Below are positions 13,804 to 27,490 of a stretch of DNA of 64,000 nt, piece after piece. Under the pieces are notes generated by a model. It did not search any database. It was not told the DNA's origin and saw nothing but the letters and a program-made list of their open reading frames with translations. Numbering within the stretch: position 1 is the first letter of the stretch; every line of letters begins with the position of its first letter. Origin of the DNA: Leucoraja erinacea (Eukaryota); NCBI RefSeq assembly GCF_028641065.1, contig NC_073385.1, forward strand, positions 23,374,001 to 23,438,000, read 5' to 3'. The position numbers and the translations under genes were made by a program.

Positions 13804-14552
13804 AACTACCTTCCAGAACCACTGCAGTCCTTCAAATGAAGGCACTCCCAGAATGCTGTTGGAGAGAGTTTTCCAGAATTTAGGTACAGCTGCAAAGGAA
13901 GGGGTTTCATTTTACTGAGACTGGATGTTATGTAAATTAAAGGGGAACCCATTTTCTGTGCTCCCATGTACCCAAAACTATTGTCTTACTTATTGGCAGT
14001 GGTTGTGGACATTGGGGGTGCTATTGGAGTGGGCTAAATGAGTCCTATTAATGTTTAGGGTGACAGATGGGGATTGTCAATCAAGATTTGCTTTTTTCTT
14101 AATTGTATCAAATTTCTTCAAACTCGATGGAACGTCAATAAGCCAGGCAAGTTTTGTATATGGTGAAAAGTCTTTCATATGTCAGAATTACTGTAAAATG
14201 TGCCGGAACATATTTTTAAACAATCGTACCTAGTTCTAAATTCTCATAGAAGAGGAATCATCCTCCACGTTCATTCTGTCTGAGGATTATATATGTTTAA
14301 ATCAAGTCCCTTCTCCGTGTTCTAAACTCTGACAGGTAGAGGCTTAACCTCTCCAACATATCCTCTGCTATTTGGATTTAAACATCTTAATACAGCATCA
14401 AGGACTTGTCAGAGTATATCACACGTTATGGTTGTGTTAGAGTATACTGTAGGTTATGGATATGTCACAGTATACCATGGCCAGATACAAGAAACCAAGA
14501 GATTTTAAATTGGTTTCTAAAAATAAACAAATTGTAATAAAATCATACTCAC

Positions 14553-14616
14553 AAATCATTTCAATTAAATTACCAGCGAGATTCAGTTCTTTGAGATTTG
14601 TTAACGTATTTAGCCC
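14553..14616 (-). CDS. LRRC9: LRRC9 coding exon 4 (GLNTLTNLKELNLAGNLIEMI)
   Basis: TAG acceptor, GTGAGT donor, 64 nt, phase 0-1. LRR consensus LxxLxLxxN. Confidence 0.9.
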
Positions 14617-14856
14617 CTACAGTGGAGAGTAAAGAAGTTCCAGTTTATATAATTTCTGCTATCATGATATCTCTACTCTCAGTTGTCTTTCTCTATATCC
14701 TGCTTACTTTACTTCATGCTAACGATTTCCTATCAATGTTTAAACCTAAATTATGCACAAAATGGATTGAATGTCTTCCTTCTATGATCCTGACTCAGAA
14801 TGAAGCCTTCCAGCCCACAATGCCTATTCCAAATCTCTGAAAAAGCACATCCTTAC

Positions 14857-15712
14857 GGGGCGCTGCACTGGCAGCAGCCTCTACCTACAGCCTGTCTGTT
14901 ATTTCTGTCTTTTTTATTATTTTTAGTTAGTCCAAAGTGTTGTGTTGGGGGAAACTTTTACTTTTCTATGTGGGGGAGGGGGGCAGGGTAAGGGGGAAAC
15001 CGTCTCCCTGTCTCTTCCTGGCGGGGACGCGACTATTTCTCCGAGTCGCGTCCTCGCCCCCCACCTCGCGGCCTACCAGCTGGATCGGAGCGGCCTTTCC
15101 TGCCGGGGACCGGGAACCGGACCAGGGCTGCTACAGCGGCGGCGCAGCGCTGGATTCACCGCGGAGCGGGCGATGCCTACCTGGGTCGCCGTTTGGAGCT
15201 CCGGAGCATTGGGCCGTTGCTCCAACATCGAGGAGCTCTGGTGCGGAGAGCTTCCAACGCGGGCGGCGCTGAACGGCATCGTGGAGTCCTGGAGCGCCTT
15301 GCAGAGGGTCTACAGTGGCAGTATCCACCCGGCGCGGCCTGCGGACTTTGGAAGCCGCAGACTCCGGTAGGAGGGGGCCGACTCTGTGTCCACGCCGCTG
15401 AGGACGTCCCGCAGCCCCGACGTCGGACTTTTAACACCCCGGCGTGCGGTCCTGAACATCGGGCCGCCCGTAGCGGCAACTGCGGAGGGCTTGGGGAGGC
15501 CCTGACCACGGGGAATAGTGGAGGAAGAGACTGACTTTGGTGCCTTCCCACACAGTGGGGAACTTTGATTCTGCTGTGTGGGGATGTTTTATGTCAAACC
15601 CTATAGTGTGTTGTGTCCTGTTGATTTTTATTGTATGGCTGTATGGAAATTCATTTCACTGTGCCATCAGGCACACGTGACAATTAAATCTATCTTGTAT
15701 CTTGTATCTTGT
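14857..15712 (+). mobile_element. GC-rich non-coding LINE-dependent element with (TATCTTG)n tail
   Basis: 5' region similar to the 62737 element; 3' hairpin TGTGCC-ATCA-GGCACA, then GTGACAATTAAA and a simple-repeat tail. Confidence 0.75.
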
Positions 15713-16419
15713 AATGCCCACAAGTCTGTACACTTCCTATCCTCAATTACCTGCTTAATTAACTTCCAACAGCTTGATAGCATTTCAGATCGCAATAACA
15801 CTCCAAATGCAACTATTTCTCTTCACTGCCTGTCAACATTTTTGCCAATGATTTTCTGAACTATAGCAAATAGATACTCTTTATAGGGGAACCTCAACCT
15901 TCTTCTCCAACATTCCAATTTTTCAAACTTCACCAGTCTCTCAATATTACATGATAGAAAAAAATCTCTTATGTTAAGTTATTTCTAAGTTGTTTATATC
16001 TTTCTTCTAGTATGGAGCCCAGAATCGTCCACAGCAGTCCAAAATATATTATAAAACACCTGCCTTAGCACCAATGAACAGTCAGTCTGTAGGAAATGTC
16101 AGTCTGCTCATTGAGACTTCAGAATTGCATTTTAATTCTATGTGCATCACTTCACACTTCTCTGCTTTTAACTCAATTTGTCATGTTTCTGCTCAAATGA
16201 GTAAGAGTTATTGAATATAAAGTTATAATATTAAAATATCAAGGATTGCTGATTGCTGGGCTGGAACAATGTAATTTGGAAATCACACTTGTAATGTGAG
16301 AATAAGAACAATACTTATGATCTATAGGTTAGCCAAGAAAGAATTAAAATGGTTTCTGAGGAATTAATATTCTAAAAGTTAATTGCATTGTATTGAGTTC
16401 CATATATATGCAAACATCA

Positions 16420-16668
<249 letters not shown>

Positions 16669-17090
16669 CTAGAAAAATAGAAGTTACCTTTGTAATTAAT
16701 CTCATTTTTATAACATTGCAATCTAAAGAAAATTAGATTTTGACACAAATTTTGAAATTTAGTATTTCTATTATTTTAGCAATATCCAACTGACATTGCT
16801 TGGCAAGAATTTTAGTTACATACACCACATTTGAAAAATTTTCAAAATTGTAAACAGATTTTAATACCTTTAACTTTCACAAATATCGGTGGTAATGGTC
16901 AGCTGCTGCTCACTGAATTTGCTGATATCTCCATCAGTAACTCAATATATTGCAGATTTACATTCATAGTTTTTCTGTATTATTTACTTTGACTTACTTT
17001 GGAAAATCAAAGGTTATGAGAATTCAAAGTACATTGAGTCAGAAGTAATTTATGGGGTTCAGATACAAAAGATTCAGTGAGTTTATAATG

Positions 17091-17951
17091 TAGGTATGTT
17101 ACAAAACCTACCTGAATCGTCATTGGGAATCTGCCCAAAGCCATGTCCGCGATTTTGGCGCTGTTTGGAGGGGGCGGGTTTAAAACGCGATTTTTATTAG
17201 GCTGTTCCAATCGCAGATGTTCAGCCTAGTAAATCATTAACGAAAAATCGCTGCAAGACCCGGTCGCAAAAGGTATTATTAGTTTTATAGGCCTCGAATA
17301 ATAGTTATAATAGTTTTAAAATTACTGTCTCACTCCGCAACCTCTCGCAGCCCCAGGGTTTTATAAAGCAAACAATTAAAGGTATGTACCTTATTTTTAC
17401 ATTAAATGGGGCATGTATATAACCCTGTGTATAAAGTTATCTATAGCGAGTAGTTCATTTTGGGCTTTTTATATCCCGCAGTATTTTTCTCGGCATTTGA
17501 GGGCACTAATCCAGCGCAATGTGAACGTTCTAAACCAGCGCGTTCACAGGAACCCACTAGAAAGCCGATTTAAATGGGCATTTATTTACAGCAATTGAAC
17601 ACTAAATTCCTTCCATTTGGCCTATAAATTAATGTAAATTAGATATAAAAATCATGTTATATTGTGAATTATTTGTGAATAATCTTTGGACACTTAGGCT
17701 ATTTAAAAATGTTAATCTTTCCTTAAGAAATGGGCTTTTGGCTATCCAAGATCACAGCTTTTTTGTAATGTCCATTGAAAATCAATAGGGAACAAGATGC
17801 TAATTTCTGAGTATGAAAATAGCCATAACATTTTTAATACTTGAGATATGAAAGTGAATTTGGTGTCAAATTAAACTTCTTGTTATGCTTTATCTGATGG
17901 GATAAATTGCAGACTTGATTTTTAAAATCTCAAAATTTTGTAACATTGCTA
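17091..17951. mobile_element. Non-autonomous hAT-like DNA transposon with 7-bp TSD
   Basis: Termini TAGGTATGTTACAAAA and TTTTGTAACATTGCTA, TSD TATAATG. Confidence 0.85.
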
Positions 17952-18151
17952 TATAATGTAATTTTTTTCACAGAATTTGTTATGAAAACAAATTGTAATA
18001 TTTCACAACTTAATTATATCCATGGCAAATTTTATTTCAAAATTGCCTAATGTATTGATATTATGCACAAGGATATCAATAAAAAATGTAGATTATGGAC
18101 CTATCAAACAAAAGGCAGCAATTTAGAAAAGAGAGAAACATATTCCTACTA

Positions 18152-18463
<312 letters not shown>

Positions 18464-18574
18464 TTATTAGCTTTCCAAAATGTGCTTTTCTGAAGCCACA
18501 TTTACAACAGTAAAAGCCAAATCATAAAGTCTATAACATATAAATAGGGTACTTAAAATGATCACAATTATAGG

Positions 18575-18722
18575 TCTGTACCAAAACATAAAATTCCTAA
18601 AGAACTCAGCGAGTCTGGCAACATCTGTTTTGGACACTTCTTCAGACTGGTAGCTGGAGGGGAGAGAAAGCTGGCGAGTAAGGGTCTAAGCCTGTTAACC
18701 AATAGGTGGATACAGATGTGGT

Positions 18723-18759
<37 letters not shown>

Positions 18760-18960
18760 GAGATTAGCAAGGGACAAAGGAGGCAAAAAGGTGTCAGATA
18801 AGCAGATAGCAAGAGTGATATGTAAAGCCAAACGGAGGGATATAGGTGGAAAGGGGAAGAAGGGGGAAGAAAGGGTGGGATGAAAGGGAAATTAGGGTCG
18901 GGGTTGGGAGGAGTGTATGAAGGAGCAGGGTGACTGGGGGCTGGGAGTCTGTAGAAGGTT
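18575..18960 (-). mobile_element. Penelope-like 3' fragment with poly-G tract
   Basis: GAACTCAGCGAGTCTGGCAACATC and CTTCTTCAGACTG match PLE 3' ends elsewhere in the window. Confidence 0.6.
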
Positions 18961-20267
18961 CCCAACCTGAAACAATTATACAAGACGTCGATAAGGCCAC
19001 GTTTAGAGTGCTGTAGACAGATAAGATTGCCCTGCCATAGGAAGAATGGTGTTAAATGGAAAGGGTGCAAGAAAGATTTATGAGAATGATATCGGTCTGG
19101 AGGGTTTGAGATAAAGTGAAGTAGGATCTTTTTCCCGAGAGCATAGCAGCCTGAGGGTTGACCTTGCAGAGGTATGCAAAGTTCACACCTTTAATAGAGT
19201 ACAGCCACAGTGGAATGGAGTATTAAGCTAGAAGGCATCAATTTAAGGTAAGAACGGAAAGATTTCAAAGGGCCTTTTTCCATACAAAAAGTGATGTGTA
19301 CATGGAAGTAGCTGCCAGAGAAAGTAGTGGATACAGAGACAATGGAGACATGTAAAAGACACTTAGAAAGGAAAAATGTTGAACCAGATGCAAGCAAGAG
19401 GAATTAACTCAGTTCGGCAAATTGGTTGGCATGGATGCATTGGGTTGAAGGGCCTGTTTTAATGCTATATAACTGTTCCTCATTGCCAGGAAGTTTAAAA
19501 CATTCTTCCCGGTATATTCTTTTGGGAAGATATGCTTTATTTAGCCATATCACTGCTTCTTCTTACTCAACACACTCTCACTACTTTGAGCCCATTGATT
19601 GTCATCGCTCCATCTTGATTTTTTTTTTAAACTTACTCTGCCAATGATCATTTCCCCGAGCCTTCCCCCCCCCCCCCCCCCCCTTTTCAAACTGTCTTTC
19701 TCCATTCCAAACGCAGGCCAGTCATTTATTTCCTCCTGTGAATCCCTCTACACCAACAAAAGTCTTTCCTGATTATGAATTCCATTACCCTCATAAACCA
19801 CCAGCTAACTACCAGCACAGTGGCACAGATGGTGTTGCCATTTCCAAAGATATGCTTTTGTTGGGTTGATTAGTGACTGTAAATTACACATAGTGTATGC
19901 AAATGGCAAGAGAATCGTAAGGTGTTAATAGACCACGTTACAGGGAAAGAAATTATTGACAATACTGCTGTCATGGGCTGAATAACCTCTTGATACATCA
20001 TATTGATATAAATTATGTCTAAACTACTTGCAAATTGCATTGACTACAATGGCAGAGGTTCTACATGTGGGATTCAATGTGCAAGGCCTAGTCCATCGCA
20101 CTATCGACTTAGCATTCTGCACAGGACTACTATTCTCTCATCTTATTAGGCATGTTATAATTTAGTCAGTCATCCAGCACATAAACAGGATGTTCAGCCA
20201 CCATATCCATCTTGACCATTAAGTAGAAACAACAAACTGCAGTTGCTGGTTCATATCAAAGTCTAGT

Positions 20268-20935
20268 CAATAGACATAGACAATAGACAATAGGCGCAGG
20301 CGTAGGCCATTCGGCCATTCGAGCCAGCACCGCCATTCAATGTGATCATGGCTGATCATCCCCAATCAGTACCACGTACCTGCCTTCTCCCCATATCCCC
20401 TGCCTCTGATATTTTTAAGAGCCTATCTAGCGTGTCTTGAAAGCCCAGAGAACAATCGTCTATGAGAATCAGACTCACCACTCTCTGTGATCTCCTCTCA
20501 AATCCTTACTAAACTCCACCAATATCGGGAACAAGCCCCTCTAGCTGCCCTTAATCTATTTTTCAATCAGCAAACTATGACAAGCCCAGTCCTGCCATCC
20601 CGGCATATGACAGTCCTGCCATCCTGGGAATTAACATTGTAAACCTACGCTGCACTCCCTCAATAGCAAGAATGTCCCTCAAATTAGGGGACCAAAACTG
20701 CACATAATACTCCAGGTGTGGTCTCACTAGGGCTCTGTACAACTGCAGAAGGACCTCTTTGCTCCTATATTCGATTCCTCTTGTTATAAAGGCCAACATG
20801 CCATACGCTTTCTTCACTGCTTGCTGTGCCTTCATGCTTACTTTCATAGACTAATGTACAAGGACCCCCAGGTCCCGTTATAGTTCCCCTTTTCCCAACT
20901 TGACGCCATATAGATAGTAATCTGCCTAATCCACC
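20268..20935 (-). mobile_element. CR1 3' fragment with internal deletions
   Basis: [12 protein letters not shown] motif and (CAATAGA)n tail. Confidence 0.9.
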
Positions 20936-20939
20936 TAGC

Positions 20940-21066
20940 AGGGTCAGGGAATATGGGGAGAAGCCAGGAACGGGGTACTGATTGGGGATGATCAGCCATG
21001 ATCATATTGAATGGCTGTGCTGGCTCGAATGTCTGAATGGCCTACTCCTGCACCTATTGTCTATTG
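20940..21066 (+). mobile_element. CR1 3' end, inverted relative to the preceding copy
   Basis: GGGAATATGGGGAGAAG...CCTACTCCTGCACCTATTGTCTATTG. Confidence 0.85.
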
Positions 21067-21329
21067 AATGGCCCTGGTCTTTTCCCACCTTCAGCTCTTC
21101 ACCACCCCCCACCGCACCCCTACTTTCCGTCTGAAAAAGGTTCCAACCGAAAACGTCACTGATCCTTTATCTCCAGAGTTGCTGCCTGATCCACTGAGTT
21201 GCTCCAGCACTTTGTGCCTATCTCTGACGATCAAGTATCTATGTGCACATCTCATTTTACACTCCCTTTGGTGGTGTATTCTAGATTCTAACCATTCTCT
21301 GGGTAAAGAAAATACTTCCTTAGATCCCC

Positions 21330-22548
21330 TCTAAACCTCTAACCGCTGACAAACTCTCGCCCTCTGGTTGTAGAGACCTCTGCCAAGTGGAAGAGGTTCC
21401 TACTGTCTACACTATCTGTGCCCCTCAGAAGTTTTAAGTTATTTTAAATCTCTATCAGATCCCCTCTCAGCCTTCTTTACTCCAAAGAAAACATACCCAG
21501 ACTATCCAGTCTATGCTTTTAACTGGAATTCTCCATCCTGGTAAACCTGTCCTATGTAATTATATTTAGTGAACAGAAAAGCACATAATCTTCGAGCTGT
21601 GACCCAACGATTGGTTCATAAAGTTGAATCTTAACCTCCCTGCTCATATTTCCTACCCACTAGCAAATGAAGGCAAGTATCCCGAACACCTTATCAACAC
21701 CGTATTGACATGCGCCGCCACATTTACAGATCCTTGGATATGTCCACCAAGATCTCTCAATTTCTTAGTTCTCCTTAGCACTCAATTATTTATTGTATTT
21801 ATTCTACTCTTATTATTAGATTCATGGCGATGTACATACTAAAAACAAGCTTTTCAGCCCGCCATATCTATGCCAACATTCATGCCAATTGATACAAATC
21901 CCACTTGCTACATCAATTCCATATCTCTCTATGGTTCGTTCATTCCAGTACCTATCTAGATGCCTCATAAGTGGTTTCTGTTCCTACCTCCACATCCTCA
22001 TTTGACTGCTCGTTGCTAATATAAACTACTCAGTTAAAAATATACCCCTCAGGTCCCCTTTGAATCAGTACCACATAAGAATAGGACCTTCAGCCCATAA
22101 TGTCAGTGTTGACTATGGTGCCAATTTAAATTATTCCCATCCACCTAAACATTGCTAGATATCCCTCTATCCCATGCCTGTTCGTCTGCCTGTCGAAATG
22201 CCTCTTGAATGTTGCTATTGTATCTGCTTTCACCATCTCCCTGGGCAGTACATTCCAGGCACCTGTCACTCTCGGAGTACAATAACAGGCCTGGCAAATG
22301 TACTTTGAACTTTTCCCCTCTCAACTTAAATACATGTCTTCGTGCATTCAACATTTCCACCCTTTCCACTGTGACTGTCTACCCTATTGATGCCTCTCAT
22401 AATTTGATAGATTTCTATCAGGTCGTTCTTCAGCCGCCATTGCTCCAGAGAAAATAATCCAAGTTTGTCCAATCTCTCCTTATTGCTAACACTCTCATCC
22501 TTATGAACCTCTTCTGCACTGTCTCCAAAGCCTCCACATTCTTCCTGT
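21330..22548 (-). mobile_element. Older degraded CR1 fragments
   Basis: Degenerate CR1 3' ORF2/UTR motifs (FKLRGEKFK; TGAACCTCTTCTGCACT). Confidence 0.6.
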
Positions 22549-22554
22549 AATGTT

Positions 22555-23036
22555 CAGATTTACTAGAATGTTGCCTGGGTTTCAGCAACTAAGTTACAGA
22601 GAAAGGTTGAACAAGTTAGGGCTTTATTCTTTGGAGCGCAGAAGGTTAAGGGGGGACTTGATAGAGGTCTTTAAAATGATGAGAGGGATAGACAGAGTTG
22701 ACGTGGATAAGCTTTTCCCACTGAGAGGAGGGAAGATGCAAACAAGGGGACATGACTTGAGAATTAAGGGACAGAAGTTTAGGGGTAACATGAGGGGGAA
22801 CTTCTTTACTCAGAGAGTGGTGGCTGTGTGGAATGAGCTTCCAGTGAATGTGGTGGAGGCAGGTTCGTTTTTATCATTTAAAAGTAAATTGGATAGTTAT
22901 ATGGACGAGAAAGGAATGGAGGGTTATGGTCTGAGCTCAAGTATATGGGACTAGGGGAGAATACGTGTTCGGCACGGATAGAAGGGTCGAGATGGCCTGT
23001 TTCCGTGCTGTAATTGTTATATTATATTATATTATA
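22555..23036 (+). mobile_element. CR1 3' fragment of a second subfamily, (TTATA)n tail
   Basis: RFTRMLPG...LYSLERRRLRGDLIEVFK...TRGH...FFTQRVVAVWNELP. Confidence 0.92.
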
Positions 23037-23134
23037 ATGTCATGACAAGAACAGCACATAAATTATTTCCTTTGTCCTCCCAAAGTACATCATTTTGCAC
23101 TTGTCAGGATTACTCTTATTCCTCAGCCCACCTG

Positions 23135-23508
23135 ACCTTTATAGCAAGAGGGGTCGAGTATAGGAGCATAGAGGTCCTTCTGCAGTTGTACAGGGCCCTA
23201 GTGAGACAATACCTGAAGTATTGTGTGCAGTTTTGGTCCCCTAATTTGAGGATGGACATTCTTGCTATTGAGGGAGTGCAGCGTAAGTTTACAATGTTAA
23301 TTCCCGGTTTGGTGGGACTGTCATATGCTGAGAGAATGGAGAGGCTGGGCTTGTACACTCTGGAGTTTAGAAGGATGAGAGATAGCAGAGTCAGGTGATA
23401 AGGGGAGAAGGTAGGAACGGGGTACGGATTTGGGATGATCACATTGAATGGTGGTGCTGGCTCGAAGGGCCGAATGGCTTACTCCTGCACCTATTGTCTA
23501 TTGTCTAT
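23135..23508 (+). mobile_element. CR1 3' fragment with internal deletion
   Basis: FIARGVEYRS...YCVQFWSP and (ATTGTCT)n tail. Confidence 0.9.
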
Positions 23509-23649
23509 TAATGACTATTAGGTGTTATTTTTGCCATGCTTCCAATGGCAAATCTAATATATTAAAGCGAAACTAATTTCTAAAGAAAATAATGCATAAT
23601 TTACTTTCTGAAACATCAGCCACGATGACAATTGATGTGATGTTCTTAC

Positions 23650-23703
23650 CAGCTCTTTGAAAATGTCTTCTCCTCCATTCTGTGGTTGGCTCATCCTTTT
23701 CAT
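23650..23703 (-). CDS. LRRC9: LRRC9 coding exon 1 (MKRMSQPQNGGEDIFKEL); whole exon 23650-23749 including 5'UTR
   Basis: Acceptor TTTAACTCTTCAG at 23750, in-frame upstream TGA, ATG at 23703, donor CTG|GTAAGA in phase 0. Resembles the recalled human N-terminus (..NQEEIIKEL) and joins in phase to the next exon. Confidence 0.85.
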
Positions 23704-23837
23704 CTTTAGAAGTGATCCATTTTGTACATGTCAATATACAAATTAACTTCTGAAGAGTTAAATAAAAAATCAAGCAATTTCCTGCAAATCTAATAAAATG
23801 TATTATTTCAAAAATATCTAACTTAAAGGAAGCCAGG

Positions 23838-24204
23838 AAACAAGCAGGCAAGATCATCTCTGACCCCTCTCACCCTGGCCACAAACTCTTTGAATCACTT
23901 CCCTCTGGAAGGAGACTCCGGACTGTCAAAGCTGTCACAGCCAGACATAAAAACAGTTTTTTATTCATGAGTAGTTGCTCCACTCAACAGCCAAAAATCT
24001 GTAGCCTCCCTTTGATCTGGTATTTTGTTGATTCACATGCTTGATCAATGGTGTTTTATCATTAATGTTTTATTATTATTAATGTTTAGTGTTTTCTGAG
24101 TCATTCGTAACTGTCACTGTATGTCATGTTGTTACTTGTGGGCGGAGCACCAAGGCAAATTTCCGGTATGTGAATACTTGGCCAATAAACTTACTTACTT
24201 ACTT
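23838..24204 (+). mobile_element. Rex1/Babar LINE 3' end
   Basis: KIISDPSHPGHKLFESLPSGRRLR coding end; AATAAA followed by a (CTTA)n tail. Confidence 0.85.
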
Positions 24205-24564
24205 AATTTGCAATGGATCAGCACAGTATGCAGCAGGAGTGCTGCTACCTCACAGCTTCAGTGATCTATGTCCAATAATAACCCCCAACACTGTCTGTGG
24301 ATATTGAATGTTCTCCCGGTGTAGGTTTTTCCGCCTTGCTCCTATCTCCTCACATATACATTGACATGCTTGGTGGAAGGTTAATATTCAACAACTTCAA
24401 AAATCAAGAGAAGGGGAATTAAGAATCAGAGGACATAGGCTTAAGATGAGATGGGTAAAGTTTAATAGGAACCTATAGGTAATGTTTTCACAGTGGGTGG
24501 TGGGTGGTTAAAACGAGTTGCCACAGGAGATAGTTGCGGCAGATAGTATAACAGTTAAAATACA

Positions 24565-25646
24565 CTAGACTAAGTGGGACCCGTTGGGTCCCTGTCATTC
24601 AAGAGGCTTGGTCCCCCAACGCAATATTCCACCACTCACCCATGGCCCCCAACTGCACAGCCGCAGCTCATTTCCCCTCATCCCTAGCACTCTCCCCCTC
24701 CCCTTCTTTCCCCTCTCCTCCTTCCCTCCTCCAATCCCTCCCTCCCTTCTTTCCCCTTCCCTTCAGTCATTCCCTCCTTGCATAACACCCCTCCCTACCA
24801 CCCTACCCCCCACCTCCCCCTATCCCCCCACAATCCCTCCTCACCTCCGCCACTGACCTCCTCTCCCTCTATTCCCCACTGCATACCCCCCCTCCCTCTA
24901 TTCCACCTCCCCCCCCTCTCCTTCTTCACTCTTTTTCCTCTCTTCCTATCCTCCCAAATCTCTCCCTCACCTCTCCTTTCCCCTACCCTCAGTCACTCCC
25001 TCCCTCCTTCCATAACTCCTCTCCCCACTCCCCTCCTCTATCACCTCTCCTCCCCCACGATCTCCGGGTTGCCGCTCCTCTCCCTTCTTGCGTGCCCCGG
25101 AGGAGCATCAGCCGTCTGTGCCCTCAGAACCAGGCCTCGGAGCCAGGTCTTCAGGCCAGCAGTTACAGCCATGCCGGCGTGTGGGTGGGAGGGGTATCAC
25201 TGGGGAGGGGGCAAGAGCCAGCGAGGGGGACCAAAGGAGAAGGGGTTGGAGCTGTAGTGCGTGGCGATGGCAGTTCTTTTGGGACTCACAGCAGGCGCTA
25301 GACCCTCTCCTATTCCGGGATCAGATTCCCTCAGCTCCAGTAATGACGCAATGGCGCAGGAAGGGGTGTACCGTCCCGAGTAGTGACAGGAGAAAAGACT
25401 AATCTGCACGGCACTGACTGGCAGGAGAGGAGATCGATCTACGCACGCGTTTTTTAAGATTTTTAAACCTCGCTAATTTTATAATATACCACAGATCGGA
25501 AAAAACATGTTGCACTTGCAGCACAGGAGAACGGTGAATGAGCTGGTGAAAAATCGTAGCGTTATCGCGCACCGTTTTTGCGCAAATAGAAAAATCACCC
25601 AAACCGGAAGAGCACAAGATCAGAGATTTAGTTATGTATAGATAGA
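24565..25646 (-). mobile_element. Non-autonomous Helitron inserted in a CR1 3' fragment (about 24430-25758)
   Basis: On the minus strand: A|TCTATCTATAC 5' end, hairpin GGGACCC-nnn-GGGTCCC, and CTAG|T 3' end. Removing it restores CR1 sequence AAAATACA|TTTGGGCAGGTAC. Confidence 0.9.
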
Positions 25647-26549
25647 TTTGGGCAGGTACATAGATAGGAAAGGTTTAGAACAATATGGACCAAATGCGGG
25701 CAAGTGTAGATAGGGCATCCAAGAGCCGAAGGGTCTGTTGCCATGCTGTATGACTCTAAAACTGCAAGAATATCCTTAGTGGGTTTTAAAGAATACTAGA
25801 CTAAGTGGGACCCAACGGGTCCCAGCATCACATGGGAGGGCTGGTCTCCCATCGCAATATACCGCTCCACCAATTCAATATTGGGGCTAGTGGGGGGGGG
25901 GGGGGGGGGTTCTGGAGCGCTAGTATCTAGTATGGGTGCTATGGGCTGAAGGGATTGGTTTCCAGAGGGTTATTGTATGGACATTGTGGGCCGAATGGAT
26001 TCTTGGGCTGGCGGCTCAGTCACTCAAGCCTGTTGCACTGGCAGCTCACTCACGCATGGCTGGTGGGCTGGCAGTTGACTCCCAGCTATTCCTTGAAATT
26101 CCATTTCAAGCAGGTGCAAGGCCACCAAATTTAAGTGCAGTTTCTTACCACTTATGGCAAGGTACAAAGCCACCAAATTCAAGTGCAGTTTCATACCATT
26201 TCAAGCAGGGTGCAAGGCAACTAAAGACAGCAAGTCGTGACCTCTTCCTCCTCCACCTTGCAGAGACTGAGACACGCCCACACTTCTGGGTATTATAGTC
26301 CCTCCCCTTCCCACCAGAAGGGGCGTGACCTTCAAGGCGTGATTGACAGGAGAGAATCTCACCATTTTTAAAACACTAATAACATTTTTATTCTTCATTG
26401 ATGGGACAAATCCTCAGCACCTGATGAGCGGAGGGGAGTTTCTGAGTAAGATGGCCAAAAATCACAGCCGTACATGGTAGAGATTTTTTCTAAAATCAAT
26501 ATAAAGCGCAAACAGGAAGTGGTCAAGATTAGACTTTTAATTATATAGA

Positions 26550-26770
26550 AGGCAAGGCAACTTGAAATTAGGCAAGGCAACTTTAATTAGACAAGGCAAC
26601 TTTAATTAGGCAAGGCAACTTTAATTACGCAAGCCAGCTTTAGCATTTCCTAACCAAAGGTAACACAGCTTTAGCATTTCCAAACCAAAGCTTTAGCATT
26701 TCCAAACCAAAGGCAACATCGCTTTAGCATTTCCAAACCAAAGGCAACACAGCTTTATCATTTCCAAACC
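26550..26770 (+). repeat. Tandem repeats: about 19-bp unit (AGGCAAGGCAACTTTAATT) x~5, then about 31-bp unit (GCTTTAGCATTTCCAAACCAAAGGCAACACA) x~4
   Basis: Read directly from the sequence. Confidence 0.85.
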
Positions 26771-27077
26771 ATATTTCAAACCACATTAAGGCCACTGACA
26801 GGTCAGTAAAACCACTCACAGTTTAGTAGACATGTGTTCAGTGTTTTTCACAGCTCAGACTGAGAGCCGTGACCCTCTCGCTCCCCCATCTTACAGAGAC
26901 TGACTGAGGCACTCAACACTTCCGGGTTTTATTGTCCCTCCGGAAGGGGCGTGGCCCTCAGGAGAGAGAATCTCAACATTTTTTAAATACTAATAACTCT
27001 TTTATTTTTCATCGATGGGAAAAATCCTCTTGTCCTGCGCAGCGGAAGGGGGAAGATGGCCAAAAATCACAGCCTTA

Positions 27078-27490
27078 AGTGGCCCTGCACCCTGCTTGAA
27101 GTGGTAGGAAACTGCACTTGAGTTTGGTGGCCTTGCACCCTGCTTGAAGTGGTATGAAACTGCACTTGAATTCGGTGGCCTTGCACCCTGCTTGAAGTGG
27201 TCGGAAACTGTACTTGAATTTGGTGGCCTTGCACCCTGCTTGAAGTGGTAGGAAACTGCACTTCAATTCAGTGGCCTTGCATCTTGCTTGAAGTGGTAGG
27301 AAAATGCACCTGAATTTGGTGGCCTTGCACCCTGCTTGAAATGGTATGAAACTGCACTTGAATTTGGTGGCCTTGCACCCTGTTTGAAGTGGTAAGAAAC
27401 TGCACTTGAATTTGGTGACCTTGCACCCTGCTTGAAATGGTAGGGAACTGCATTTGAATTTGGTGGCCTTGCACCCTGCTTGAAATGGAA
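27078..27490 (+). repeat. 48-bp minisatellite, about 8.5 copies
   Basis: Unit TGAATTTGGTGGCCTTGCACCCTGCTTGAAGTGGTAGGAAACTGCACT; explains the 16-aa periodic ORFs. Confidence 0.92.

Noticed and set aside
14937-15551. Overlapping long GC-rich ORFs and a CpG island as a gene promoter (also 13209-13780, 62889-63695)
   Set aside because: They lie within multi-copy GC-rich retroelements, and high GC explains the lack of stop codons.
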